DNA of 63,987 nucleotides, the filler included, from Octopus bimaculoides (Eukaryota), in the NCBI RefSeq assembly GCF_001194135.2. It is 6 parts of 6 records of this genome, joined end to end, with 100 filler letters (N's around TTAATTAATTAA, not from the genome) between each part and the next. Parts side by side here need not be neighbours in the genome. Positions count along the whole stretch, not along the records: positions 7,897 to 25,629 come from NC_069007.1; positions 25,730 to 34,053 come from NC_068999.1; 4 more parts are not named here. One strand, 5' to 3'. The translations under genes were made by a program, and so were the position numbers. Under the pieces are notes generated by a model. That model was not told the DNA's origin. It made no database searches and worked only from the letters and a program-made list of their open reading frames with translations. Shown piece by piece: positions 22,601-34,033 of the stretch; within the stretch, counting starts at the first letter, position 1, and every line of letters begins with the position of its first letter.

Positions 22601-23960
22601 TAAAAAGGGAATTTTGTGCCACAGAAGATCCAAACCAGTTTCAGCTGGAATCACTCCAACCATACGTTTTGTTTTTACTTTTTGCCACCAGGCAGTTAGG
22701 ACAGTAAAAGTCAAGCTACAAACCCATGACATCCTGATTCTACCCAAAGCACAAGACACTGCCTCACACAATTCTCTGATTCCTTACCACATCCACAAGA
22801 TGTTGGTTATCAGCGTGCAAAATGGAAGAAGAACAGTAATTGAGGTTGTAAAGAAATATTTATTTACTGTTACTTTGTATATATCCAAAACCACAATGGG
22901 TTGGTATGTATAATTAATAAATGGAAAAGCATGCGAGGTAAAAAAGAGTTAATTTCGGCCAGTGTGTGTGTATACATGATCTCATAGTGGTATATAGAGA
23001 GATATGGTAATGTTACAGAGAAAAGAAATTGAGTTAGTGAGAGTGATGGGACGAAACAACTGCTTTGTTGGTGAGTTACCATAGTTGTCCCTTTGTACCT
23101 TTTCCTTCAGAGACGGCGTTTTGTTCAGCCGGTCAGCCAGACTCGGTTCTCACCAATTGACTTTGGCTTACAGAGTTCTTGTTTTTATAACTATCCAAAA
23201 CCAGCCAGAAGGACAGACATATTATTGAGAACAATAGATTTTGTTGGTGGTCTGTTATCTCTATTTCTAGATTTTGGTGGCCTGGAAGAGGTTAGAAGGG
23301 TCAAGTGGCAAAGACATTATTCTGCTTAGTGAAGGCATCTGGCAAATGTAATTGTTGTCACTCACAGAAAAATTATTGTTTTACCGTGAGAAAAGTGCTG
23401 TTGAACTGTTAAGTGAAATTTGGCGATCGAGGATCGAATCCACGCCATGCCTGCATGATCCACAACAACTATATAAATGTGCGGCATGTCAACTCATGGA
23501 AATAATACAAGAAACAAACAGCAAGGCTTAATTCCTCTGCTAAATTATACAATGGACCAAATAACACACCATATATTCTGTTGGTTGTATAGTTCATCTG
23601 TCATTTGGATAATTCAACTCTGGCTGTCGTTGGTTATAAGTGCTTAGTTATAAACAGCAGGAAAATATCATGATGCATGCTCCTGGAAAATCTCTCACAT
23701 CACTGCCCATAAATGATTTGACAAAACTATTTATAAGCAGAAGGTAGGTTCTAGTGATGATTCAAGTTGTTTGAGGATGTATTACATGCAACATGATTGG
23801 GTCCAAGATCCTTATCTCGTGCAATACTCAACCAAATGTTCCTAACTCACATGATAGGTCAAACGACCAAAGATTAACGTGGAACCTATTTATGGCTAGT
23901 TGAACATAAAATGTTGGAACAAAAATGGGTCTCACAACAGATTTGCGAAAGAAACAGTTC

Positions 23961-25202
23961 TCATGTTTCACAGTTGAAAAACAGATTCCCTCCAACGTGC
24001 ATTTGTTTGTGCCTTGTTAAATTACTATTATATGCAAAAGATTTTCCACATACTTGACAGTAGAAAGGTTTGCCTCCAGTATGTATTATTTTATGTGCTG
24101 TTATATAACTACTGGCCAAAAAGGACTTGCCACATATATCACAGTGATAAGGTTTCTCTCCAGTGTGACTTCGTATATGGACAACAAGTTTTGAATTATT
24201 AATAAAGGTTTTCCCACAAAATTCACAGTAATGTAAGTTCTCTCCCGTGTGAATTCTTTTATGAGTTGTTAAATTACTATTATCACGAAAACATTTCCCA
24301 CACAATTCACAGCGATAGGGTTTTACTCCAGCATGTAACCTTTGGTGTTTTGTTAAATCACTGTTAGAGATAAAGGATTTCGCACATATTTCACAGTAGA
24401 AGGGCTTTTCTCCAGTATGGCTCCGCTTATGGATTGCAAGATGGGAATTCTGAGTAAAAGCTTTACCACATATCTCGCAGGGAAACGGTTTCTCTCCACT
24501 GTGTATTCTTTTATGTGTTGTTAAATTACTCTTATCGTGAAAAGACTTACCACATACATCACACTGAAACGGATTTCCTCTGTTGTGTATCTTCATGTGT
24601 GTTTTCAAATTACTACTGTTAACAAAACATTTCCCACATATTTCACAGGGATAAGGTTTTTCTTCTGTATGTGTTGTCTTGTGAACTACAAGATGGGAAT
24701 TCTGTGTAAAACTCTTCCCACATACTTCACAACGAAACGGCTTTTCTCCAGTATGGATTCTTTTATGCCTGGTCAAACAACTGCTAGAGATAAAACATTT
24801 CCCACATATTTCACAATGAAAAGGTTTTTTACCCGTGTGTATAATCTTATGTGCTGTTAAATAACTTTTAATGAAAAATGATTTTCCACATATTTCACAG
24901 TGATATGGTTTCACTCCAGTATGACTTCGTACGTGAATAATAAGTTTTGAATTATTATTAAAAGACTTTCCGCAAGTCTCACACTGAAACGATTTTTTCC
25001 TGTTGTGTATTTGTTTGTGAGCGAAAACTTCGTGTTCGGAAGAATATTTTTTCCCACAAATCTCACAACGATGATCAGTGATATTTCTGTGGGATGATGT
25101 TTCACTGGATAAACCTTGTTTCTTACCATTGTCTTCTTCTCTTACTGAATCCCTATTGTTAACAGCTGGGTTACAAGTCTCGAAGTCATTAACGTCTTCC
25201 AT
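23961..25202 (-). CDS. C2H2 zinc-finger protein, 413 aa from the first ATG, 13 fingers
   Basis: The track start at 25226 is TTG; the first ATG is at 25202 (MEDVNDF...). 13 fingers at 28-aa spacing; paralogue of 9415-10536. Confidence 0.93.
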   Translation of the reverse strand: MEDVNDFETCNPAVNNRDSVREEDNGKKQGLSSETSSHRNITDHRCEICGKKYSSEHEVFAHKQIHNRKKSFQCETCGKSFNNNSKLIIHVRSHTGVKPYHCEICGKSFFIKSYLTAHKIIHTGKKPFHCEICGKCFISSSCLTRHKRIHTGEKPFRCEVCGKSFTQNSHLVVHKTTHTEEKPYPCEICGKCFVNSSNLKTHMKIHNRGNPFQCDVCGKSFHDKSNLTTHKRIHSGEKPFPCEICGKAFTQNSHLAIHKRSHTGEKPFYCEICAKSFISNSDLTKHQRLHAGVKPYRCELCGKCFRDNSNLTTHKRIHTGENLHYCEFCGKTFINNSKLVVHIRSHTGEKPYHCDICGKSFLASSYITAHKIIHTGGKPFYCQVCGKSFAYNSNLTRHKQMHVGGNLFFNCET

Positions 25203-25422
25203 ATCAACTCTCGAAGGATTCTTCAAAAACTGGCAAAATTCCGTAAATACAATCTATTATGGTTCAGCTCCTCGTCTTGGAAATCGTGCGGTTCTAATTA
25301 AATGATTTAATTAGAAACATAACAAGTTCCCGGTGACATCGACAAGTTTTCCTCCGCGTCTAACTCATACCGGTGACACCAATGAAAAATCCCTTACATA
25401 ATATAATACAGTCAGAAACAAT
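25203..25422 (-). promoter_or_regulatory. Upstream/5'UTR region conserved with 9195-9414, including a perfect 25-bp palindrome
   Basis: TTCTAATTAAAT-G-ATTTAATTAGAA at 25292-25316; other shared blocks at 25365-25378 and 25409-25422. Confidence 0.7.
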
Positions 25423-25471
25423 ACCGAATTGTATCCAATCTATTATAAATTAAACGATCTTTCGTTTGGAT

Positions 25472-25610
25472 TACATTTTACGTCATTTCTAATCCACGTG
25501 CGTTTGTTTATGTTTCCGTAAAAGGGTTTTAGGGTTAGGGTTACGGAAAGCGACGATCTTGTTCAGAAACATAAAAAAACGCAGGTGGATTAGAAGTGAC
25601 ATAAAATGTA
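25472..25610. mobile_element. Small MITE-like element with 45-bp TIRs and an internal TTAGGG core
   Basis: Arms 25472-25516 and 25566-25610 (about 4 mismatches), TA at both ends; the interior contains GGGTTTTAGGGTTAGGGTTA. Confidence 0.7.
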
Positions 25611-26063
25611 TGGCATAACTACAGGGTTTNNNNNNNNNNNNNNNNNNNNNNNNNNNNNNNNNNNNNNNNNNNNTTAATTAATTAANNNNNNNNNNNNNNN
25701 NNNNNNNNNNNNNNNNNNNNNNNNNNNNNCACCACTGTAATTATATTACTACTACTACTACTTTCCTGTCAAGCGGGATATTGCAAAGTCATCAGTTCCT
25801 GAGGGAGTTGGGATTAGAAGAAAACAAAAAAAAGAAATTCTTTCTATATCTTATTGATGCAGCTGTACGAAAATGTGCCAGACTCTTACAGTTCTGCAAA
25901 TAATGGACTTCATAATAAAGACGTCCCGCCGCGTATTCACAAGTCCTGTAGGTTCCTTAATTAATTTTGTGTTATATTATAAACGCTGTATGTCAGTTAC
26001 GAATGGTTGGATGCATGAGACACTTTGACATTTTTCACTCGAAATACTGTCTTCTTCGAAGTC

Positions 26064-26177
26064 GGCGAGCTGGCAGAAACGTTAGCACGCCGGGCGAAAT
26101 GCTTAGCGGTATTTCGTCTGCCGTTATGTTCTGAGTTCAAATTCCGCCGAGGTCGAGTTTGCCTTTCGTTCTTTCGG
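26064..26177 (+). mobile_element. SINE family A, 3'-truncated
   Basis: Matches the reverse complement of 190-307. Confidence 0.85.
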
Positions 26178-26746
26178 AAAGAGAGTAACTGCAGCGCGTC
26201 CATAGGGGTAGCATCCATGGTTGTGTAATAAGCTAATGAAAGATTCACGATGATTCAAGCCCCCAATTCAGAATCATCATAATGACAATGGATAGCGACA
26301 GAATCATGGGAATCTGCGAAAGCTGCGAAAAAAAAAAAAAGAAAAAGAAAATATTTACATCATATCTTTATGAACGTGTGTGGCGAAACAAATTTAGAGA
26401 TAGTGAAAACCTATTCACGAATCTCATTTCGGACATCAATGACCGTTAAGTTTCCTCGTAAATGTGATTGTTTTTGTCTTATATAAAAAGTATGTTAGTA
26501 CGTTACATACGGTATTTACTTGAAATCATGGAATGTCACTGTCGTCACTTCCGGTTTCTATCGCAATTACTCCATTTTTTAAGGGCAATTTACTTCCACT
26601 ATTTTTACGACGGTTAACTGCATGATAACCTATTTGATGTATTGTAGGTATAAAATACTTGAAAGGCGTGTTTTATAAGTCAGAAAAGGATAATGTCGTT
26701 CTGGACAGCACATTGAATTACAGCAGTAGCACATTGTATTACAACT

Positions 26747-26940
26747 ATCGTTAGCACGCCGGTCAAAATGCTTCGCGTCATTTCATTCGTCTATACGTTC
26801 TGAGTTCAAATTCTGACGAGGTTGACTTTACCTTTTATCCTTTCGGGGTTGATGGAATAAGTAGCAGATACGCACTGATCGACTATTCCCCTCCCCCAAA
26901 TTTTTGGCCTTGTACCTATAGTAGAAAGAATTATTATTAT
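26747..26940 (+). mobile_element. SINE family A, diverged
   Basis: GTTAGCACGCCGG...GAGTTCAAATTC...CCTTTCGGGG...GGCCTTGTACCTATAGTAGAAAG-(ATT)n. Confidence 0.8.
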
Positions 26941-27119
26941 TGTTTCACTCACTGGTTTATTTTATGAATGGAATGTCATTTGTTTAAATCTGTTTGCATT
27001 CAATTATGATTGCAGTGACTGGGTCTTTTTGAGATGGGAATTTAAGACGTTTTATCACAAAGTCCAACAGTTGATATACTTCAAACTGATTCATCCATTT
27101 AAACCGATTTGTCAACCGT

Positions 27120-28268
27120 TTAATAATCAAACATAAAATAGAATGATTCAGGCTGCCTAGTTTGCTGGAAGATAATGGATGGTTCTGGATCATAACCAAA
27201 TATTTTGCAATCTGGTTCAAGAATTCTTTTCAGCCTCAACAATTGTCTGTAGTCGATTTGTCGATAGGCTTCTATGAGAGCCAGCTTGCGGTTTTCGATC
27301 CTTTTATCTCTGGGACCAGAACGTGCGTGAGCATCAAGTAATGTTTTTAAGAAAGTGGAATATGGAATGTAAGCCCGGGAATCGTCTGAATAAGGAAACG
27401 GAATTTCGCGGCTCAAAAGACCACGGATCTGCATTTTCTTCCACACTCGACGTAAGGCTTCTGTAAACGTCATGCATTTTGTGACCGCTAACCTCATGGC
27501 ATAGACGTTATCTGCCGCATCGGTTAAAGCGTCGATTTCGCTCTCTTTGGCAAAATCTGAGAAATGGATGAGAGAATCTACACCAAGTTTTTCCAGAATG
27601 AATATAGTGTCGTTTTTAAATGACTCAAGCTTCCCAATAATATCATACTGAATCTGGCAAGGTCGACAATGATCGTAACTCGGTGTGAAATGGCCGTTTC
27701 TGAATCGATTATGTTCTTCCGAATCTATGAAGTAATCAATAAATTCCGGAAACGTGACGTCATGGCCACACTTGATACTGTGGTTAGACGGAAGTGAACG
27801 AAAGTAACGAACAATATAGGTGCCTGTGTATTTCCAGTAGAACGAATTGGGCGAGAAAAGCTTGTCGACATATCCCGACAAGAGGCGAGCGTACGGTTCT
27901 CTCACGAACAAGAATTTGGTATATTTCTGTAAAAGAACGTGAACTATATCAAAAGAAACCTTTCTCAGAGTATTGAAACTGAAATGCGCTTCCATACCCC
28001 GAATAACAAATGGATTACTAGCGTTCCGTATGCCGATAAGAATTTGCATAGTTCGCTTCCAAAATGTTGAGCCAGTTTTCTCAATGGCACAGTATATAAT
28101 TTTGTGTCTCGAATCAATGTGCATTCGACCTTTGATATTAGCTTCCGTGTTGTTACCAATGAATACATTTTCTTTCCCGTTACAAACTTCTTGCAGTCGT
28201 CTACGCCGTTCTTCGAATATTGAATCTTGCTTGGAGAATTTCACAGATGTTTTTGCATAAGAATCCAC
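27120..28268 (-). CDS. Carbohydrate sulfotransferase (CHST8-14/HNK-1, Sulfotransfer_2 family), terminal catalytic exon
   Basis: 5'-PSB-like YCAIEKTGSTFWK, 3'-PB-like FLFVREPYARLLSGYVDK, and HFTPSYDHCRPCQIQYDIIGKLE. Polypyrimidine tract and CAG acceptor at 28269; the ORF extension to 28421 is (CA)n intron. Confidence 0.92.
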   Translation of the reverse strand: MDSYAKTSVKFSKQDSIFEERRRRLQEVCNGKENVFIGNNTEANIKGRMHIDSRHKIIYCAIEKTGSTFWKRTMQILIGIRNASNPFVIRGMEAHFSFNTLRKVSFDIVHVLLQKYTKFLFVREPYARLLSGYVDKLFSPNSFYWKYTGTYIVRYFRSLPSNHSIKCGHDVTFPEFIDYFIDSEEHNRFRNGHFTPSYDHCRPCQIQYDIIGKLESFKNDTIFILEKLGVDSLIHFSDFAKESEIDALTDAADNVYAMRLAVTKCMTFTEALRRVWKKMQIRGLLSREIPFPYSDDSRAYIPYSTFLKTLLDAHARSGPRDKRIENRKLALIEAYRQIDYRQLLRLKRILEPDCKIFGYDPEPSIIFQQTRQPESFYFMFDY

Positions 28269-28339
28269 CTGATGAAAAAGAGAAAGAAAGGAAGAGGTAA
28301 AATACGTAGATAGAAAGGCAGATAAAGACAGACCAAGAT

Positions 28340-28425
<86 letters not shown>

Positions 28426-28864
28426 TACAGTAATATCAGCGCCAAGCAGTGTTTAGACATAAGCGAACTTTAGGTTAGTTGAATTATGTTTGTGACATAT
28501 TTCAACAGCAAAAGGCAAATTCACTGCAGTTATTGCGGAGAAAAATTCTCTCTTATGGTAAAAATGGTGTAAAAACACCATACCTGTCTAGTGCTGCCAC
28601 CTGTCGGATTCTCAGACATCGATGTATCTAGCTTCTTAGCCGTTATCAATAAGAAATACTGAAGAGAAGCAACTCTTGACAGACTTAATTGAAGCCGAGG
28701 CTTTAACTAAAATACAGTCAATAGCATTGATTTGCGCCAGCAGACCGCCAAGGTCATGAAAATTAGTTGCCTTTAGCAAGTTGAAATATGCCACAAATAT
28801 ATTTTAGCTAACCTAAATTTCGCTTATGCCTAAACACTGCGTAGCGCTGATATTACGGTAATTA

Positions 28865-28866
<2 letters not shown>

Positions 28867-28942
<76 letters not shown>
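28867..28942. repeat. (TCTA)n tetranucleotide microsatellite
   Basis: Directly visible; many similar GATA/TCTA tracts occur elsewhere in the window. Confidence 0.95.
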
Positions 28943-28943
<1 letters not shown>

Positions 28944-29161
28944 GGGAGCTGTCTGTCTGTCTGTTAGTAACCTCCATCTTTTATATTAAGCTCTCACTCA
29001 CCATTCTCTCTTTTGTCGGCTGTTTGTTGCCCAGCATCTCTTTGTCGTATGCTGCACCATTCTAATGCAACAAGTCCTATCTTTCTTTTGCAATCTGCTT
29101 CGGTTCGGTTTTGTGTCTATCAATAGAAGGACATACACACACATACACACAACACATTTTC

Positions 29162-29194
<33 letters not shown>

Positions 29195-31345
29195 TTCACA
29201 TACACAGATACAAAACGTACAAAACGACTGATTCTATGATATACGAAACTTACTTTAGAATGCATCACATGCTGTGGTCCACGTCGTTGCCATGGTTTGA
29301 ATTTCTCATGTGTTGCTGAAAGAAAGAAAAAAAAAAAAAAAATTAAATGAAATTTGAATAAGAAAAGTAAATTAAATATCTCAGGGAGGTTCAGTGTGAC
29401 ACGTGTGACAAGGCTGGCTCGTTTCATTTCTAGTTTGTCATAACCACGTTTTTTGATAACTAAAGCATCTAAATAAGAAACGATAACCTTAAATTTATAT
29501 ACATTTTCTGTTCTCGTTGATGAACAATTGCTATTTGGATGCAAAACTTCAAGGTTAAAATTCGGTATTTGCATATATATTTATTTTCATAAATATATCT
29601 TAATTTGTTTTTATGTATCCCTTTCAGGATATAAGGAAGAATGCAATAATTAGGAAGATAATTAGCTAGCAAACTAGCTAAATATTTGGAAAGATTAAAA
29701 AAGAGGGTGATAGAGTGAGAATGGGTGTGTATGAACAAGACAATTTATTAATAGAAAAATAAGAAAGAAAATAGACCACCGTACGTTCTGGCTTCTTACT
29801 GTGTGTTGAAGAAGTTAATAAAAGACCTGTGTGGAGTTGTCAGACTACTTTCGCAGAAATCCAATTAGAAAAGTCTACTTGTCTAACAATCTTGGAAGAT
29901 TTTATCAAAACAGACTTGATAAATCTTTGAATGTCAGTTTTTGATGGGGCCAAACCACCAACCCTAACGTATAGGTCACTTCTATATTGGAAAGGGGCTT
30001 TGTTTTTAAAAATTATTTTCACGGCATTGTTTTAATGGAGCAGTCATCGACCTTGAGCAGGAGATGAAGGTTGGCAATCGAGTTTTGATCCTCTGATCTG
30101 TTGGATGGAAGTTGTAATAAGACTCGCAGTCTTTTTTTTCTTTTCATACCACAGTGCGAATATTATTAAAACGAAATGCTTTCTTTCTTTTTATTTTATC
30201 GATGTGAGATCTTTCTGTAGTTTAATGGAGAGTCAGAGAATTTCAGCCGATGACGCAAAGATAAAAGATATACAGAGAGATACAGATGGAGGTATATGTG
30301 GTAAGAGATAAATATGTTGATAGACACAAGTAGACAGAGAAGGAAGGGAGAGAGAAATAGAAGGGTGGGGAGAGAAGGAGGAAAGAATGGAATAACTATA
30401 TTAGCTTTAATACTTGGCATCTTTTTGTGACCAACCGGAAGTTTCAATATATTGGACAACCTGATTTACATGTTGTTGTTGTTGTTGTTGTTGTTGCAAC
30501 TAACTAGAGAATTCTGATACAAGACATTGTAAAGACGATGAGTGGTGTACACCTCATATACACACACGTACTTATACACACAAACACATATACATGTATG
30601 CATTCGTGCATACATACACACACATACGTACATTCAGACATACATACGTACATACATACATACACACATACATACACACATACATACGTACATACATACA
30701 TACATACACGTACATACATACACACATACATACATACATACATACATACATACATACATGTACNNNNNNNNNNNNNNNNNNNNNNNNNNNNNNNNNNNNN
30801 NNNNNNNNNNNNNNNNNNNNNNNNNNNNNNNNNNNNNNNNNNNNNNNNNNNNNNNNNNNNNNNNNNNNNNNNNNNNNNNNNNNNNNNNNNNNNNNNNNNN
30901 NNNNNNNNNNNNNNNNNNNNNNNNNNNNNNNNNNNNNNNNNNNNNNNNNNNNNNNNNNNNNNNNNNNNNNNNNNNNNNNNNNNNNNNNNNNNNNNNNNNN
31001 NNNNNNNNNNNNNNNNNNNNNNNNNNNNNNNNNNNNNNNNNNNNNNNNNNNNNNNNNNNNNNNNNNNNNNNNNNNNNNNNNNNNNNNNNNNNNNNNNNNN
31101 NNNNNNNNNNNNNNNNNNNNNNNNNNNNNNNNNNNNNNNNNNNNNNNNNNNNNNNNNNNNNNNNNNNNNNNNNNNNNNNNNNNNNNNNNNNNNNNNNNNN
31201 NNNNNNNNNNNNNNNNNNNNNNNNNNNNNNNNNNNNNNNNNNNNNNNNNNNNNNNNNNNNNNNNNNNNNNNNNNNNNNNNNNNNNNNNNNNNNNNNNNNN
31301 NNNNNNNNNNNNNNNNNNNNNNNNNNNNNNNNATAGAAGCCCGTC

Positions 31346-31381
<36 letters not shown>

Positions 31382-31879
31382 TCATAATCATTTCTATATA
31401 TATATATGTAGGTATATGTGTGTGTGTATATGTTTGTGTGTCTGAGTTTGTCCCCGGAACATCGCTTGACAACCGATGTTGGTGTGTTTACGTCCCTGTA
31501 AGATATATATATATGTATTATTTATATTATTATATGATTGGACGCCACGCATCCTCTTCCAAGTATGTTTTATCTTAATAATTCTAATGCGCACTCTATA
31601 CGATCTTTTTACTCTTTCGTTTTTCCTTCTCTCTGTTTCTTATTCTTTTACCTCCTCTCCTCTCACTACCCTATCCTATTACTATGTCACTCTCTCTCCC
31701 TCACTCTTCCTCCCTTGCTCACCTGGCTCCCACGTAACCATCGGCCATCTTTCTTTCTTCTCCTAACTTGTGTTTTTTTTCTTTCTCTCCGTTGTAGCTG
31801 GAAGACGTGTTCTTCTCTGTCTCCTGTCCAGGCTTGACTTACGCGTTCATACACGCGTACATATATGTATGTATATATG

Positions 31880-31930
<51 letters not shown>

Positions 31931-32509
31931 GTATATATATTTTATTGCCCAGTGGGGGCTAAACACAGAGGGGATAAACATACATACATACATACATACA
32001 CAGACACACACACATANNNNNNNNNNNNNNNNNNNNNNNNNNNNNNNNNNNNNNNNNNNNNNNNNNNNNNNNNNNNNNNNNNNNNNNNNNNNNNNNNNNN
32101 NNNNNNNNNNNNNNNNNNNNNNNNNNNNNNNNNNNNNNNNNNNNNNNNNNNNNNNNNNNNNNNNNNNNNNNNNNNNNNNNNNNNNNNNNNNNNNNNNNNN
32201 NNNNNNNNNNNNNNNNNNNNNNNNNNNNNNNNNNNNNNNNNNNNNNNNNNNNNNNNNNNNNNNNNNNNNNNNNNNNNNNNNNNNNNNNNNNNNNNNNNNN
32301 NNNNNNNNNNNNNNNNNNNNNNNNNNNNNNNNNNNNNNNNNNNNNNNNNNNNNNNNNNNNNNNNNNNNNNNNNNNNNNNNNNNNNNNNNNNNNNNNNNNN
32401 NNNNNNNNNNNNNNNNNNNNNNNNNNNNNNNNNNNNNNNNNNNNNNNNNNNNNATATATATATATATATATATATGTTTATATATATATGTATGCATGTA
32501 TATATATAT

Positions 32510-32553
<44 letters not shown>

Positions 32554-33299
32554 ATATATATGTATATAAATATATATATATATCTAAATATATGTCTGTG
32601 TGTATATATATATATGTATATATGTGTCTATATATATGTATATATAAATATACATACATGCATAAATACATACACACGTGCACACGCACACACATACTTA
32701 CACACATACTCACACACGTACACTTATTTAAGCTTTCTTCAATGAAAACATGACAACCAATATCCTTGAACAGCATCAAAACACAGTCATAACACGTACA
32801 TTAAAGAAAAGCGCCTACAACATTACGCCTTCTTTACTTCCTACAATAACAACCCACTGATAAAACCTGTCTATAAAGTCATAGTTACAACAGCAGACAT
32901 TATTGAAGGGTTGCAGTGAATACTTTTAAAGCTACTAACACAGAAATAGAGACAGAACCAGTTCAACATCTCTGTCTAATACATCTGGAAACTCAAAAGT
33001 AGAGGAAACCATTACAGCGCCAAAAAATGGGGTATCGTATCAAAGCAATACTACTCGCAAAAGTCACTTACTGGTGAAACTTATGTACCACCAAGAAGTA
33101 TCGTATTTTGATAGCGACAGACAATATTTTAACAGAAGACATTCTTGAAAAAGAAACAAAAAAATCCACAGACAATTTAAAATTAAAACAAATTTAAGAA
33201 GTAATTAAGTAGATTTATAGTAATTTCTCCCTTGTCACCAGTCAATAAATTGCATATCTCCGTAGAGTAGTATTCCTTTACGAGCAGTAACTTCCCTAA

Positions 33300-33490
33300 T
33301 ATTGGTTTCAAATTTTGGCACAAGGCCAGCAAAGTCGTGGCGGTCGATGTAATTGACTACATCGACCTCAGTGTTCAACTGGTTCTTTATTTATCGACCC
33401 CGAAAGCATGAAAGGTAAAGTCGACCTCGGCGGAATTTGAACCCAGAACGTAAAGACAGACGAAATGTCGCTAAGCATTTCGCCCGGCGT
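33300..33490 (-). mobile_element. SINE family A
   Basis: Collinear with 99-307. Confidence 0.85.
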
Positions 33491-33524
33491 GAAAATTATA
33501 TTCTTATTATATATATTTAAGAGT

Positions 33525-33740
33525 AAGGCAGCGAGCTATTAGGATCGTTACCGCACCGGATAACATGCTTAGGGACATTTCTTCCGGCACTTTACGTTCT
33601 GAGTTCCAGCACCGACGAGATTGACTTGGCCTTTCATCCTTTCGGGTTTCATAAAATAAACACCATTTGAGCACAGGGGTCAATATAATTGACTTACCCC
33701 CGCCCCTAAAATTGCTGGCCATATATCAAAATTTGAAATC
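33525..33740 (+). mobile_element. SINE family A, head-to-head with the previous copy
   Basis: GGCAGCGAGCT...GAGTTCC...CCTTTCATCCTTTCGGG...AAAATTTGAAA. Confidence 0.8.
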
Positions 33741-33821
33741 GTTATATACAGGCACACCTCGACTTACGTCAACTTAACTTTAAGACGACGTAGCACGAAA
33801 AATCTTTCTAAAAACTTTGTT

Positions 33822-34033
33822 AGTGGTTCTCAGCTGGGTCCCACATGGACTTGTGGGCCCACATAACCTTGGGGCTCCACATGGCTTTAAGAGTCCTCAT
33901 GGCCTTGGGGGTCCCGTGACCTTAGAGGTCCCGTGACCTTAGGGGTCCAAACAAGATTTTGTTAAAATTTATCTGCAATGAATTGGTTATACTTCTACAA
34001 TACATAAAATATTTTAGCAAACTTTTTATACAT
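33822..34033 (+). mobile_element. hAT-like MITE 5' part with a 17-18-bp tandem array
   Basis: AGTGGTTCTCAGCTGGGTCC end followed by six CC(A/C)C(A/G)TG.CCTT.GGGGT-like units; cut by a gap. Confidence 0.55.

Noticed and set aside
25524-25543. Interstitial telomere or G-quadruplex
   Set aside because: Only about 2-3 TTAGGG-like units and three GGG runs, lying inside a MITE.
26544-26553. ETS-like CACTTCCGGT site as a promoter
   Set aside because: A single short motif with no independent TSS evidence.
28269-28421. N-terminal extension of the sulfotransferase ORF
   Set aside because: (TG)n repeat plus polypyrimidine tract of the intron upstream of a clear acceptor.
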